Shown here: piece by piece, positions 44,993 through 53,196 of the stretch | Layout: each line of letters begins with the position of its first letter | How positions within the stretch are numbered: position 1 is the stretch's first letter | From: a virus | Lineage: Duplodnaviria > Caudoviricetes | IMG/VR virus record: IMGVR_UViG_3300009466_000003 | Coordinates: 1-58,194 of that record | Reading direction: 5' to 3' (one strand) | Length of the DNA: 58,194 nucleotides | Notes under the pieces: generated by a model | Seen by the model: only the letters and a program-made list of their open reading frames with translations | Database searches by the model: none | Told to the model about the DNA's origin: nothing | Made by a program: the position numbers and the translations under genes

Positions 44993-45123
44993 TTGGGTTC
45001 GGGGTTTTGGGTGTCAATAGGTTTTTTCTTCTTCCACGCAATAGAGTCGTAGTTAGACCGATACTTCGGCCCATTAACTTTCCTTGGACGATCCCCTTTG
45101 CCGTTGGGCCTGCTACTCGCCAT
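44989..45123 (-). CDS. Small basic protein
   Basis: GKGDRPRKV...YRSNYDSIAW motif. Confidence 0.55.
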   Translation of the reverse strand: MASSRPNGKGDRPRKVNGPKYRSNYDSIAWKKKKPIDTQNPEPK

Positions 45124-45496
45124 GATCTTTGTTTCTTTTTTCAGCTTTGTTTCTAAAATACTCCTTAATGGCATCAATCCAACCTTGGGTCTCGTTTTTT
45201 AACGATTCGATAAATTCATCTGAATTTTTTGTCCATTCGTCTGGCCCCTCTTCTTGCCACGCCTCACAATATTCAACAACCTCCTCAAGTTCATTGACAA
45301 GTGAACTAATTGTGTCTTCATAAAGATTGACTTCGTCGTAAACATTTACCCAGAAAAAATCAAGTTCATCATCAAGTTCTTTTAGAAGCCCCTTCATTTC
45401 TGGGTGTTTTTCGGCCAGTTTTTCTTTTTTAATCCACTCGTTAAGCTTTTCAAGCTTATCATCGATACTGCCAGCTATATCTATTAGATGATCCAT
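45113..45496 (-). CDS. Acidic helical protein
   Basis: ACACA-ATG start, AT-rich. Confidence 0.55.
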   Translation of the reverse strand: MDHLIDIAGSIDDKLEKLNEWIKKEKLAEKHPEMKGLLKELDDELDFFWVNVYDEVNLYEDTISSLVNELEEVVEYCEAWQEEGPDEWTKNSDEFIESLKNETQGWIDAIKEYFRNKAEKRNKDHGE

Positions 45497-45521
45497 TGTG
45501 TGTAGTTATTCTATTTTCTGA

Positions 45522-45719
45522 CTAAAACTCCAATGGATCTACCATCCACCCCATGGAGGGATGGCGGGTAATGATGCGGGATTTGATGCCTTTGACGAAG
45601 TCTTCTCCAGACTCCTTGATTTCACTATCCAGCCAGTCCCGACAGCTTACAAGGATGGCGCTTATCGTAGCTTCGGCGTACGTTAAGCTATCGCTAAGTT
45701 GTTCTATTTGAGGATTCAT
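45522..45719 (-). CDS. Hypothetical protein
   Basis: ORF track. Confidence 0.55.
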   Translation of the reverse strand: MNPQIEQLSDSLTYAEATISAILVSCRDWLDSEIKESGEDFVKGIKSRIITRHPSMGWMVDPLEF

Positions 45720-45790
45720 TGTTAAGTTTGGGGCGGGGAGTAGGTCGAATTACCCCCCACCCCGTTTTGGGCCGTGCTGACGATCCAAAG

Positions 45791-46039
45791 TTAAAATGCT
45801 TCGTCTACTTCAGACTCTTCGCGCTTCTTGAACGGAAGGGAAACTTTGATGCTTTCGTATTTCTTTCCGTCTTTGGAAACTTGATTCCAGATTGCCAAAT
45901 CAACTGACTCGCCGCGATTAAGGGCGTCGAGAACTTCTCCGCTAATGGACAAGCTTCCTTTTTTGGCTGGAGCCTTCGGGTTGGTGCTTTGATTCGGGAA
46001 CAAAACTCCCGTGTTAGGTTTACGTTGCTGATTGCTCAT
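45791..46039 (-). CDS. DUF736-like small ssDNA-binding protein
   Basis: GVLFPN...KAP..KG...LAIWNQVSKDGKKY plus an acidic C-terminal tip ending in F. Confidence 0.6.
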   Translation of the reverse strand: MSNQQRKPNTGVLFPNQSTNPKAPAKKGSLSISGEVLDALNRGESVDLAIWNQVSKDGKKYESIKVSLPFKKREESEVDEAF

Positions 46040-46502
46040 ATATATTAGGTTTCTTTATTGTTGCTTCACTAATGGCCAATAGGTCTACGGTTGGAACTAC
46101 GGTCATCAGATCTTTTCTACCAGTTCTTTGGTAAAGTTTATAGACAGCGGGTTCATCGCTATGTTCATTCTTTTCGGTCAATCCTTCGATATAGGGCATG
46201 AGGGAGCGGCGATTGACCACAATCCAATACCGTCTTGTTTCAAAGACGATGTAGTCGGCCTCCCCGTAGAGCCAGCCCAGTTCCCCATGGACGTTGCGTA
46301 GTTCGACAAAATGCATGCGGTCTGTGGGTTCTGGGGCGCTGCGTTTCCATTTCTTCATCGCCTTCACATCATAGCGTTTACCGTCCGCTTCCACATCCCA
46401 ATGCTGGGTCATGTCCTCTTCTGGAGTTGAAAATCGCGGGTTATTTAGTAGTTCGGCAAATCGTTGTTCGGCGCGTTGCCCGACTTCGTAGCATGTGTCC
46501 AT
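46020..46502 (-). CDS. PD-(D/E)XK-like nuclease
   Basis: GQRAE...HWD...YDVK; GWLYGEADY. Confidence 0.6.
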   Translation of the reverse strand: MDTCYEVGQRAEQRFAELLNNPRFSTPEEDMTQHWDVEADGKRYDVKAMKKWKRSAPEPTDRMHFVELRNVHGELGWLYGEADYIVFETRRYWIVVNRRSLMPYIEGLTEKNEHSDEPAVYKLYQRTGRKDLMTVVPTVDLLAISEATIKKPNIYEQSAT

Positions 46503-46508
46503 ACGTTA

Positions 46509-46715
46509 TTAGACGCCGTGGCGCTGCAAATGTTCAAAGTTTTTTGCCAGCCACCACATAGCCTCCCGATCATTGCCAACATGCCTAGCCCATTCGGCGT
46601 TATCGCTCACCACCCCGTAATCTTGGAGGATGTTCATTATCTCGCGCTCGTCGGCAAAACGGGCCTTGATCCAGTTTTCCAGCTTATTGCCAGTAGAAGA
46701 AGGCATAGACACCAT
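46509..46715 (-). CDS. Hypothetical protein
   Basis: MNILQDYGVVSDNA core; start uncertain. Confidence 0.5.
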   Translation of the reverse strand: MVSMPSSTGNKLENWIKARFADEREIMNILQDYGVVSDNAEWARHVGNDREAMWWLAKNFEHLQRHGV

Positions 46716-47114
46716 AGAAGGTAAACACCCAGAAGAAGGCGGAGAAGATGATGGATATGGTTAAAATGACGGGGTTCATTTTTCTGGCTTTACCCTGTCC
46801 TTGATTACCTTGAGAACCACGACAAGCATAGCCCCCCAGAATATTAAGGCTGTGAATGTGTCGATCATTTGTCGAGGTGGCGTCCAGTTACCTTCCACCA
46901 TCCAATAAATACGCAACCAAACATTGCGTAAAGTAGTCCTATTGTTTCCATTGTGTTATTTGCCTCCGTAAAGTGTGATCCAAAGTAGTCCCCATTGGGA
47001 AAAACAATAGCCTCCCCAAATAACTGATAGGGCGTAGTTTCCGCGAATTGCCTGCTCTAGCGCAACAATTCCGTAACATATTCCCACTGCCCCGATCAGC
47101 CATAGACTGGTCAT
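46684..47114 (-). CDS. Four tandem micro membrane proteins (52, 28, 30 and 31 aa)
   Basis: ORFs 47114-46956, 46951-46865, 46868-46776 and 46779-46684, each hydrophobic, mostly ATGA-coupled. Confidence 0.5.
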
Positions 47115-47407
47115 TTTTTCTTTACCAGTTTCTTTTTCTTGGTTGCGGTCTTTTTCGGCGCGGGCTTGCACTTGGCCGACTTGGGCTTGACCGAAGCTTT
47201 ACTAACCACAAACTGCGCCTCTGGGTGCATCATCGAAAGAAAGGCCCATGTGTAGTAGGCCGCTTTTTCGGACAAGAATAGCGGAGTGTACTCTTCTCCG
47301 TTGAAATAGGTAAAGCAGTAGGTGTTGCTTTCGGGGATATGCCAAGCGCGGACGCTACCCAAGGCTCCCACCCTTGCCTCGTAGACGGGATAGATATCAC
47401 TCGCCAT
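47111..47407 (-). CDS. Hypothetical protein with Lys-rich tail
   Basis: ORF track, coupled. Confidence 0.55.
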   Translation of the reverse strand: MASDIYPVYEARVGALGSVRAWHIPESNTYCFTYFNGEEYTPLFLSEKAAYYTWAFLSMMHPEAQFVVSKASVKPKSAKCKPAPKKTATKKKKLVKKK

Positions 47408-47648
47408 CCTTCGCTACCTCCTTGGGTTTTGTTTCGGGCGCAAGCTGGTCAACCATCTCTTTGGCTCCTTCAAAGGTCATCAAGATGTCGGCGTTAGCCT
47501 CGTTCTTTTCGCCTTGGATCATCAAGATGTTGTCGGTTCCTCCGTTGAGAAGCGTGTATCCCTTGGCGATATACGCCTTGTCTACACGTTCTTGGAGAGA
47601 GTTAGGGGCCAGAGGACTGGCGGCTTGTTCGTTGGTTTCTTCACTCAT
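47397..47648 (-). CDS. Hypothetical protein
   Basis: ORF track, coupled. Confidence 0.55.
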   Translation of the reverse strand: MSEETNEQAASPLAPNSLQERVDKAYIAKGYTLLNGGTDNILMIQGEKNEANADILMTFEGAKEMVDQLAPETKPKEVAKDGE

Positions 47649-47869
47649 AAATTGATTTGGTAAGATTCGCTGAATCGGACGAAAAGGGTTCCGTCCATGT
47701 ACATATGGTCGAGGTGGACGGGTTCTTTGTCAACCCTCCAAAGGAACATTGCTTTCCTGTCTTCCCCGACACGTTCGGTAGTGATGTAACCTTCGTGGTC
47801 GTGTTCAAACTCCGAATACTCCCGCCAGCCAGTCACTTTTTCAAAGACTCTAGCTAGTCCTTCGCTCAT
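47645..47869 (-). CDS. Hypothetical protein
   Basis: ORF track, coupled. Confidence 0.55.
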   Translation of the reverse strand: MSEGLARVFEKVTGWREYSEFEHDHEGYITTERVGEDRKAMFLWRVDKEPVHLDHMYMDGTLFVRFSESYQINL

Positions 47870-47905
47870 AATTGGGGGTTAATAGATACGGGGATTCGGG
47901 GTCTG

Positions 47906-48352
47906 TCAAGAGAAAATCACACGGACTTCGGCCTCGTCAAACATCTGTAAAGCGGCTTTGAAGGAATCTGCCCACCGCTCGTAGGTGTCCAGATGGGCAT
48001 TGAACGGGCAATAAACATCTTTGATTCCAGCTTGAATGATGGAGCCTGCACAATGAGCGCAAGGCTGGAAGGGCCAGACAAAAATAGAGTAGTCTTTAAG
48101 TGGTTCTTTGGCCGATAGTATTGCGTTAACTTCGGCGTGAATTGTGTAGAGCAGTTTGGTGTCGCGATTTGCGATACGATCATGTGTGTCCTCCACCCCA
48201 CGGGGGAAGCCGTTGAATCCCACCGATGCGATGGTTCGGTCTGGGCGGACGATCACCGCACCGACTTGGGACGAAGCATCCTTTGACCATGTAGCGATTT
48301 CTTTGGCCAGCTTGCCAAACCGTGCTTGCCACTTGCTGTCAATTGTTGCCAT
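47906..48352 (-). CDS. dCMP deaminase
   Basis: WSKD...VGAVIV, GFNGFPRG, HAEVNA, PCAHC. Confidence 0.9.
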   Translation of the reverse strand: MATIDSKWQARFGKLAKEIATWSKDASSQVGAVIVRPDRTIASVGFNGFPRGVEDTHDRIANRDTKLLYTIHAEVNAILSAKEPLKDYSIFVWPFQPCAHCAGSIIQAGIKDVYCPFNAHLDTYERWADSFKAALQMFDEAEVRVIFS

Positions 48353-48605
48353 CGATTTCAAATCCTTGGTTTTCCATTTTCTTGACCATATTGGCAATCA
48401 TGGTGGATTTCAACTTGCGCTCGTAGCTATCTTTAGCTCTCCACATCTTGACTTCCGAAATTAGTAGATCAATTGAGATAATCGGGCTTTCTCCTTCAAA
48501 TGTCTGGTATTCAGCGATTAACTGCTTTATCTCATTAAGTTGGCTGCACGAAGGACAGTTGGTAAATTCTTTGCCATTAAGCCCGTTGTTCATTAAGTCA
48601 ATCAT
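48339..48605 (-). CDS. Hypothetical protein
   Basis: ORF track; CPSC. Confidence 0.5.
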   Translation of the reverse strand: MIDLMNNGLNGKEFTNCPSCSQLNEIKQLIAEYQTFEGESPIISIDLLISEVKMWRAKDSYERKLKSTMIANMVKKMENQGFEIDGNN

Positions 48606-49170
48606 AGTATGGATCGGTAAGTTTGCTAGGAGGAAATAGTGCGGTCTTTAAGGGTAGGATCTTTTCGGGCATTTGGCTCCAGATCCTTGTGGTTTCATAG
48701 CTCTTCTTGCACCACTTGCGGGTGTTGTATGTCCAATGGTAGCCCAAGATGTAGGCATTGGCCATCTGGGCATACTGCTTGAGGTTTACGGGGAGTTTGT
48801 TTCGGGCGATCTTGCGGACAGCCCGCATCTCGCAATCCCACTCCAGTTCAACAACGAGACGTATATACTTGTCGATATAGTCTACTTTCTTGCCATCTAA
48901 CCAATCATCCAGTTTGCCCACAGCGTTTTCACGGATATCGTGCCAGCGGGGGCGTTGAAGCTGTTGGTCTAGGTGACAGGTCTCATGGACGAATACATCC
49001 AGCCATGTGGGGATCGGGCGCTTGGTGGCTATGCGTAGTTCTTTGTCATCTGCCCAGCCTGTCGAAGTGGCTTTGCCTGTAATAAGATACTTCTGGGGAA
49101 CGAAAGTTAACTTGAACTTTCGGTATTTGAGGATGGCCCGCCCCAAAAAGTTGATCGTTGCTTGATCCAT
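48598..49170 (-). CDS. Zincin-like metallopeptidase
   Basis: VFVHETCHLDQ (HExxH) and downstream ELEWDCE. Confidence 0.7.
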   Translation of the reverse strand: MDQATINFLGRAILKYRKFKLTFVPQKYLITGKATSTGWADDKELRIATKRPIPTWLDVFVHETCHLDQQLQRPRWHDIRENAVGKLDDWLDGKKVDYIDKYIRLVVELEWDCEMRAVRKIARNKLPVNLKQYAQMANAYILGYHWTYNTRKWCKKSYETTRIWSQMPEKILPLKTALFPPSKLTDPYYD

Positions 49171-49306
49171 TTATTCCTCTTCTTGGACATCTTCTTCCTC
49201 AACTTGTTCAAATAACCTTCTGATAGGGTTGTCGCAAAAACCTTCTTCCTGTTCTGGAAATGGCATCAGAACTCCTGTGTCATCGTAGGCGACTTTTAGA
49301 TCTGCA

Positions 49307-49687
49307 TCAAACTGCGACTGATTCACGAAACAACTCTATAATCGTCTCTTCTTTTTGACGAGTCTTTTCTTGTTTTGTTTCAATAGTGACATCTTCCGCA
49401 CGGTCATCTGGAATTGCTCCAGCATAGCGGAGGCAGTCAATGAAGTATTTGAAAACGAGATTGTCGGGATCAATAAGTCGCTTCCTTCTTGCCGTAAGGC
49501 GGATATGAATGCGTCCTGTATTTTCTTTTTTGCCGCCTGTCTTCGCCAATGGTTCATTGCGAATAGGGCGTTTAGACTTGGGGTTACTGCTCCCACTCTT
49601 ACGGTTAGGAACGGTTGGTTTGATGAGATCTCTGCGGACATAGACTCCTTTACTTGTTTCTACATAGCCTGCGGGGATGGTGTTCAT
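49307..49687 (-). CDS. rusA: RusA-like Holliday junction resolvase, catalytic C-terminal part
   Basis: RLIDPDNL..KYFIDCL...IPDD; ATG coupled to the upstream stop. Confidence 0.7.
   Translation of the reverse strand: MNTIPAGYVETSKGVYVRRDLIKPTVPNRKSGSSNPKSKRPIRNEPLAKTGGKKENTGRIHIRLTARRKRLIDPDNLVFKYFIDCLRYAGAIPDDRAEDVTIETKQEKTRQKEETIIELFRESVAV
49336..49641 (-). CDS. Nested out-of-frame ORF carrying RusA N-terminal motifs
   Basis: VTPSLNALFAMNHWRRQAAKKKIQDAF (PSxN plus helix); AAGGAG shortly upstream of its ATG. Confidence 0.55.
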   Translation of the reverse strand: MSAEISSNQPFLTVRVGAVTPSLNALFAMNHWRRQAAKKKIQDAFISALRQEGSDLLIPTISFSNTSLTASAMLEQFQMTVRKMSLLKQNKKRLVKKKRRL

Positions 49688-49856
49688 TGTTCAAGCAATA
49701 CTTCCTCTTTAAGTCTTTCGGCTTCGGCGTCTGGGGCCACACACATCATTAGTGCTTTGCGGGCTTTCTCCAGTTGGGCTTCTTTTTGTTCCAATAGTGC
49801 CTCCAAGATACCCGAAACAGGAGGGGGAGCCATTGTGCTATGGATGCGGCCCACAG

Positions 49857-50165
49857 TCACTTGATGATTCCCTCTTGGCGGGCGATGGCCTCAATCTGGC
49901 TCACATACTCGCGGGTGCAGTTGAATTGCTCGGCTACGGCAGCAAAGTTCATTTCGGGGTTGGCCATGAGATAGCCAAGGACTTTGAAAGCCCGACCTCC
50001 ATGCATGCGCCTCTTGGTAGTCTTCTTGCGCTTGGCCCGAATCCCATTCTTACGCAATGCCTGTGCCATGGCTCCGTATTTGACTCCATGCTTTTCGGCA
50101 AGTTCGCCAATGGTGATTTCGGGGTTTTGTTCGATTTCTTGTGGTAGTAAGGATGCTTTGATCAT
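49857..50165 (-). CDS. Double-HTH DNA-binding protein
   Basis: ITIGELAEKHGVKYGAM and MNFAAVAEQFNCTREYVSQI. Confidence 0.7.
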   Translation of the reverse strand: MIKASLLPQEIEQNPEITIGELAEKHGVKYGAMAQALRKNGIRAKRKKTTKRRMHGGRAFKVLGYLMANPEMNFAAVAEQFNCTREYVSQIEAIARQEGIIK

Positions 50166-50182
50166 AGAATTAGTGTTGACTT

Positions 50183-50213
50183 ACAACAGTAGCTGTTGTT
50201 CAATCGCCGTCAA
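50183..50213 (-). promoter_or_regulatory. Promoter with a palindromic operator over the -10
   Basis: TTGACG-16-TACTGT; ACAACAG-tag-CTGTTGT at 50183-50199. Confidence 0.55.
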
Positions 50214-50500
50214 ATAATATTATTGGAGAGGCGTGGAGACTTTCGTTTCCGCGCCTTTCGCGGTTTACGGGCCTTCCTCTGCTCCTTGTGGAACAATTTG
50301 TGGCACACCTTACATAGGCAGATCAGATCGTCCAAGTGGTTGAGTTCATCTCCTTGGTGTTCGTAGGTGCGGTGGTGGGCTTGGAGTTCCAGAGGGCTAT
50401 TGCATACCCCACATCTCCAGCCGTAGCGTTTCTTCACCAGTCGGCTTACTTCTTTCCAATAAGGCGTTCTCAAGTAGGATCTATAAGATTCTTTATCCAC
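50210..50500 (-). CDS. HNH endonuclease
   Basis: RCGVC...AHHRTY...LICLCKVCH. Confidence 0.85.
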   Translation of the reverse strand: MDKESYRSYLRTPYWKEVSRLVKKRYGWRCGVCNSPLELQAHHRTYEHQGDELNHLDDLICLCKVCHKLFHKEQRKARKPRKARKRKSPRLSNNII

Positions 50501-50520
50501 AGAGAAATACTACTCTCTTG

Positions 50521-50549
50521 TTGACAGTGTGGCCACCCTTAGTTATTTT
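50521..50549 (+). promoter_or_regulatory. Promoter P1 of the ncRNA locus
   Basis: TTGACA-17-TATTTT. Confidence 0.7.
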
Positions 50550-50554
50550 GGCGC

Positions 50555-50629
50555 AGGCGATTTGGGTGCGGTCTCTAGGAGCGGATGTTTCTATCAAGAC
50601 ATCAGTGAGGGGCCGCACCCTCTTTTTTT
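50555..50629 (+). ncRNA. Putative sRNA-1 (~75 nt): stem with large loop plus U-tract
   Basis: GGGTGCGGTCTCT/AGGGGCCGCACCC stem followed by TCTTTTTTT. Confidence 0.6.
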
Positions 50630-50633
50630 GATA

Positions 50634-50662
50634 TTGACTTATTTTTGAACGCCTGATAGGTT
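50634..50662 (+). promoter_or_regulatory. Promoter P2 of the ncRNA locus
   Basis: TTGACT-17-TAGGTT with extended -10 TG. Confidence 0.65.
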
Positions 50663-50668
50663 GCCGTG

Positions 50669-51390
50669 GTCTTGATAGATTCAGACATCCGCTCACGGCG
50701 AGCTAGACATATTGTAGCCGAATCTCCAGCGCAGGTATGCAAGGGTCACACCGCCGAACGTTGGAATATCCGAACCAAGCCTCGCCCGCTTGGTAATCCA
50801 GAAATAGTCTGGTAAAGCGACAGGGACATGCCCTGTGGAGTGCATCGACGTTATTGGGTCATCAGAATGGCAGCCTCGGAGCCTAGACGTTGGTGGTAGG
50901 GCTGAAGCAACTCATCTCGGAGGGATGAATACTTCGACTTTTTACAAAACTCCTGCCCCGTAGCTGGGGCGGAGTGTGTGGAGGACATCGCAATCTATCT
51001 GGATGGATTAATCTCCGACTATGCGGCGTTCGGGCGAACTGCGTAAAGAAGCCGCTATACTAGGCGGGGCGCACGGCTTTAGCCCCGCCGAATATCCCCC
51101 CAAAGAAAAAAGAAGAAAAAAGATTGAACGCCCCGAAGGGGCTATGGTCTATTACTCCATGGACAATTTAAGGGGGAGACTAGGTTCGACGCGCAAAACC
51201 AAGCGCGGACTCGGCTGCAATGCCGACTCCTCCACCAATTCGGAGGGGATCATTGAGGGCAAGATGAGTGTAAACTCCTTGAGCGACCTGAGTCCTCTCC
51301 CATTTTTTTTGGAGGCGGGGAAGACCCGACTGCAAAGTCGAAAGCTTCAAAGGCTGGGGGGCTAATGAAGTTGCGCCACCTCGCCTCCAA
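50669..51390 (+). ncRNA. Putative long structured RNA-2 (or long leader/origin transcript)
   Basis: Series of at least eight hairpins, no convincing ORF; 3' end unknown. Confidence 0.45.
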
Positions 51391-51398
51391 TTCTCTTT

Positions 51399-51752
51399 AT
51401 GAATAGACAAGAAGCAATACAACTACAGATTGATGACATCCTTGACAGTTTCGATTTTCAGGCGGTTATGAAGTCATTGGAAGTCTATAAGTCCATGGAG
51501 CGGGGTTATCCGTCCGATTGGTTCCTAGATGATGAGCCGTTTGAACCCGCGATTCGGGCAGCGGCTCGCGATTGCATGAAAGCGGCCATCAAAGAGGGCT
51601 ATGCTGGTCATAGCTACTTTGAAGCCCGCTTTACTGAAGGAGAAGACGAAGAAGGCCCGTGGGTCAGAATCACTCTTAATTTCGGGCTTCATTCTTACAA
51701 TGACGGAGTATCTTATGAAAAAACTACTACTACTACCCCTGTTACTGAGTAA
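51399..51752 (+). CDS. Hypothetical phage protein
   Basis: IDDILDSFDFQAV motif. Confidence 0.65.
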   Translation: MNRQEAIQLQIDDILDSFDFQAVMKSLEVYKSMERGYPSDWFLDDEPFEPAIRAAARDCMKAAIKEGYAGHSYFEARFTEGEDEEGPWVRITLNFGLHSYNDGVSYEKTTTTTPVTE

Positions 51753-51996
51753 TACCATTGCCCAAGACGGATCGTTCAATGGGACGGTCTTTGACTTGGA
51801 TTCAGGGCGCACACAGGTCATCAGTGGATCGGTTGATGTGAAACCCGCCGAAAGCCCGTATCTCACCACGCTACGCAGGATCAATGCGGAGTTGGCCGAA
51901 TCAAACGCTCGTTTAAGCGCGGAGATTGCCGCCAACAACCAACTCTACGAACTGCGCGAGCAGACAAGGCTCCTTCGCAAGATTGCCAACCAGTGA
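51715..51996 (+). CDS. Secreted protein with signal peptide
   Basis: MKKLLLLPLLLSNTIA signal, C-terminal coiled coil. Confidence 0.6.
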   Translation: MKKLLLLPLLLSNTIAQDGSFNGTVFDLDSGRTQVISGSVDVKPAESPYLTTLRRINAELAESNARLSAEIAANNQLYELREQTRLLRKIANQ

Positions 51997-52259
51997 ATCG
52001 TTGGATAATTACAGCAATACTTGTTACAAGTGGTTGTGCTTCTTATCCACGCCCCTACCCTTGGAACTTCCCCCCAGAAGAGGAATGGAATCAACCACTT
52101 GAAACAAGCTGGGTTAATGCCGTTGACGCCTACCGCAACTGGACGGCCCCGAAAGGAAAAGTATGGAATCCGCTTATTCGGGAGTATGAGCCTGACTTTG
52201 GCTATGAGATTGAACTTCTGAAGCTTCGGGATCTTGAGGAACATGAGTTGTATCAATAA
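51993..52259 (+). CDS. Lipoprotein
   Basis: MNRWIITAILVTSG-C lipobox. Confidence 0.65.
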   Translation: MNRWIITAILVTSGCASYPRPYPWNFPPEEEWNQPLETSWVNAVDAYRNWTAPKGKVWNPLIREYEPDFGYEIELLKLRDLEEHELYQ

Positions 52260-52572
52260 TCCAGCCAAGCCTGCGGGCTTCTTTTCCATTCTCATGCACC
52301 CAACGATGGCATCCCGAACAGAGCGCGGCAAAAAGGTCGTAGCGGTTAAGCAGCGACCCATGGCGTTGGGCTTTATGATGCACTTCGGTGGCTTTGCTTT
52401 TCTTGCAACGCTCACAAATCGGGTGGAGAGCCAGATAGGCTTTGCGAACATTTGCATACTCCTTGTATTCACGCTGGCGCTTGGGGGATGCATTCCTCAA
52501 CCGTCCGCCGCGCTTGAGGCCATTCGATCTTTTCAGTGGAGTTTTTGAACGAAGGGGAGTTTTTCTTGTCAT
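52174..52572 (-). CDS. HNH endonuclease-like protein
   Basis: PICERC...EVHH...ALCSGCHRWVH...GW; basic N-terminal repeats. Confidence 0.75.
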   Translation of the reverse strand: MTRKTPLRSKTPLKRSNGLKRGGRLRNASPKRQREYKEYANVRKAYLALHPICERCKKSKATEVHHKAQRHGSLLNRYDLFAALCSGCHRWVHENGKEARRLGWIIDTTHVPQDPEASEVQSHSQSQAHTPE

Positions 52573-52578
52573 ACTTTT

Positions 52579-52818
52579 ATGGAGATTCACTGGAATAAAT
52601 ACGAAGATAGCAAGCCCGTCAAGAACGGTGTTTACTTGATTGCCAACGAAGATATTGACCCGCCACTTAGGGCGTGTTCATATTACGATATGACCCACGG
52701 CTGGACAGGAATAGCCCATACTTTGGAAAAGCTAATCCAATGCTGGGCTGATTTTCCCGCAACCCAATCTTTTACAAACCATGCCAAAGTTCAAAGTCGT
52801 TTTAACTGTTATCAATGA
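52579..52818 (+). CDS. DUF551-like protein
   Basis: W...KP...GVYL...W...WADFP. Confidence 0.55.
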   Translation: MEIHWNKYEDSKPVKNGVYLIANEDIDPPLRACSYYDMTHGWTGIAHTLEKLIQCWADFPATQSFTNHAKVQSRFNCYQ

Positions 52819-53008
52819 AGACTCTGTATCCCCATTCGTGGTTGGCCCACGATTCCGTCGAGGAGGACAAATGCCAATGGAAAGGCTATCAACAGAGCGA
52901 AGCGGCTATTGGTTCGACCCAGAAACAGAAAAAGATCTCGCGCAAGAATGTGCAGACCAATTCACTAAATATATCCAACAAGCAGAAGCAAAGAAAAAGA
53001 AAAAATGA
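52781..53008 (+). CDS. Hypothetical protein
   Basis: ACC-ATG start, coupled to the next gene. Confidence 0.55.
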   Translation: MPKFKVVLTVINEDSVSPFVVGPRFRRGGQMPMERLSTERSGYWFDPETEKDLAQECADQFTKYIQQAEAKKKKK

Positions 53009-53196
53009 GCGATAAAACCAAAACATTCATTGTGTCCCACGGGGAGAAGATTGTTGAACTCCATGGATTCGGGCTTTCCCATGAAGAAGCGACACTACAG
53101 TCCGATCAATTGACACGGGCTGGCAAGCGCAACGTCCGCATTCGTCTGGAAGATCCCGTCCATCCAAGCTGGCCGCTCAACTTCGACGCACAATGA
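53005..53196 (+). CDS. Hypothetical protein
   Basis: ATGA-coupled on both sides. Confidence 0.55.
   Translation: MSDKTKTFIVSHGEKIVELHGFGLSHEEATLQSDQLTRAGKRNVRIRLEDPVHPSWPLNFDAQ

Noticed and set aside
50800-51150. Group I intron-like words (AATAGTC at ~50803, GACTA at ~51017)
   Set aside because: They are in the wrong order for P7, no interrupted gene is present, and I could not build the core
51021-51365. 114-aa ORF in the ncRNA region
   Set aside because: No recognisable motif, atypical composition, and it runs through stable hairpins; cannot be fully excluded
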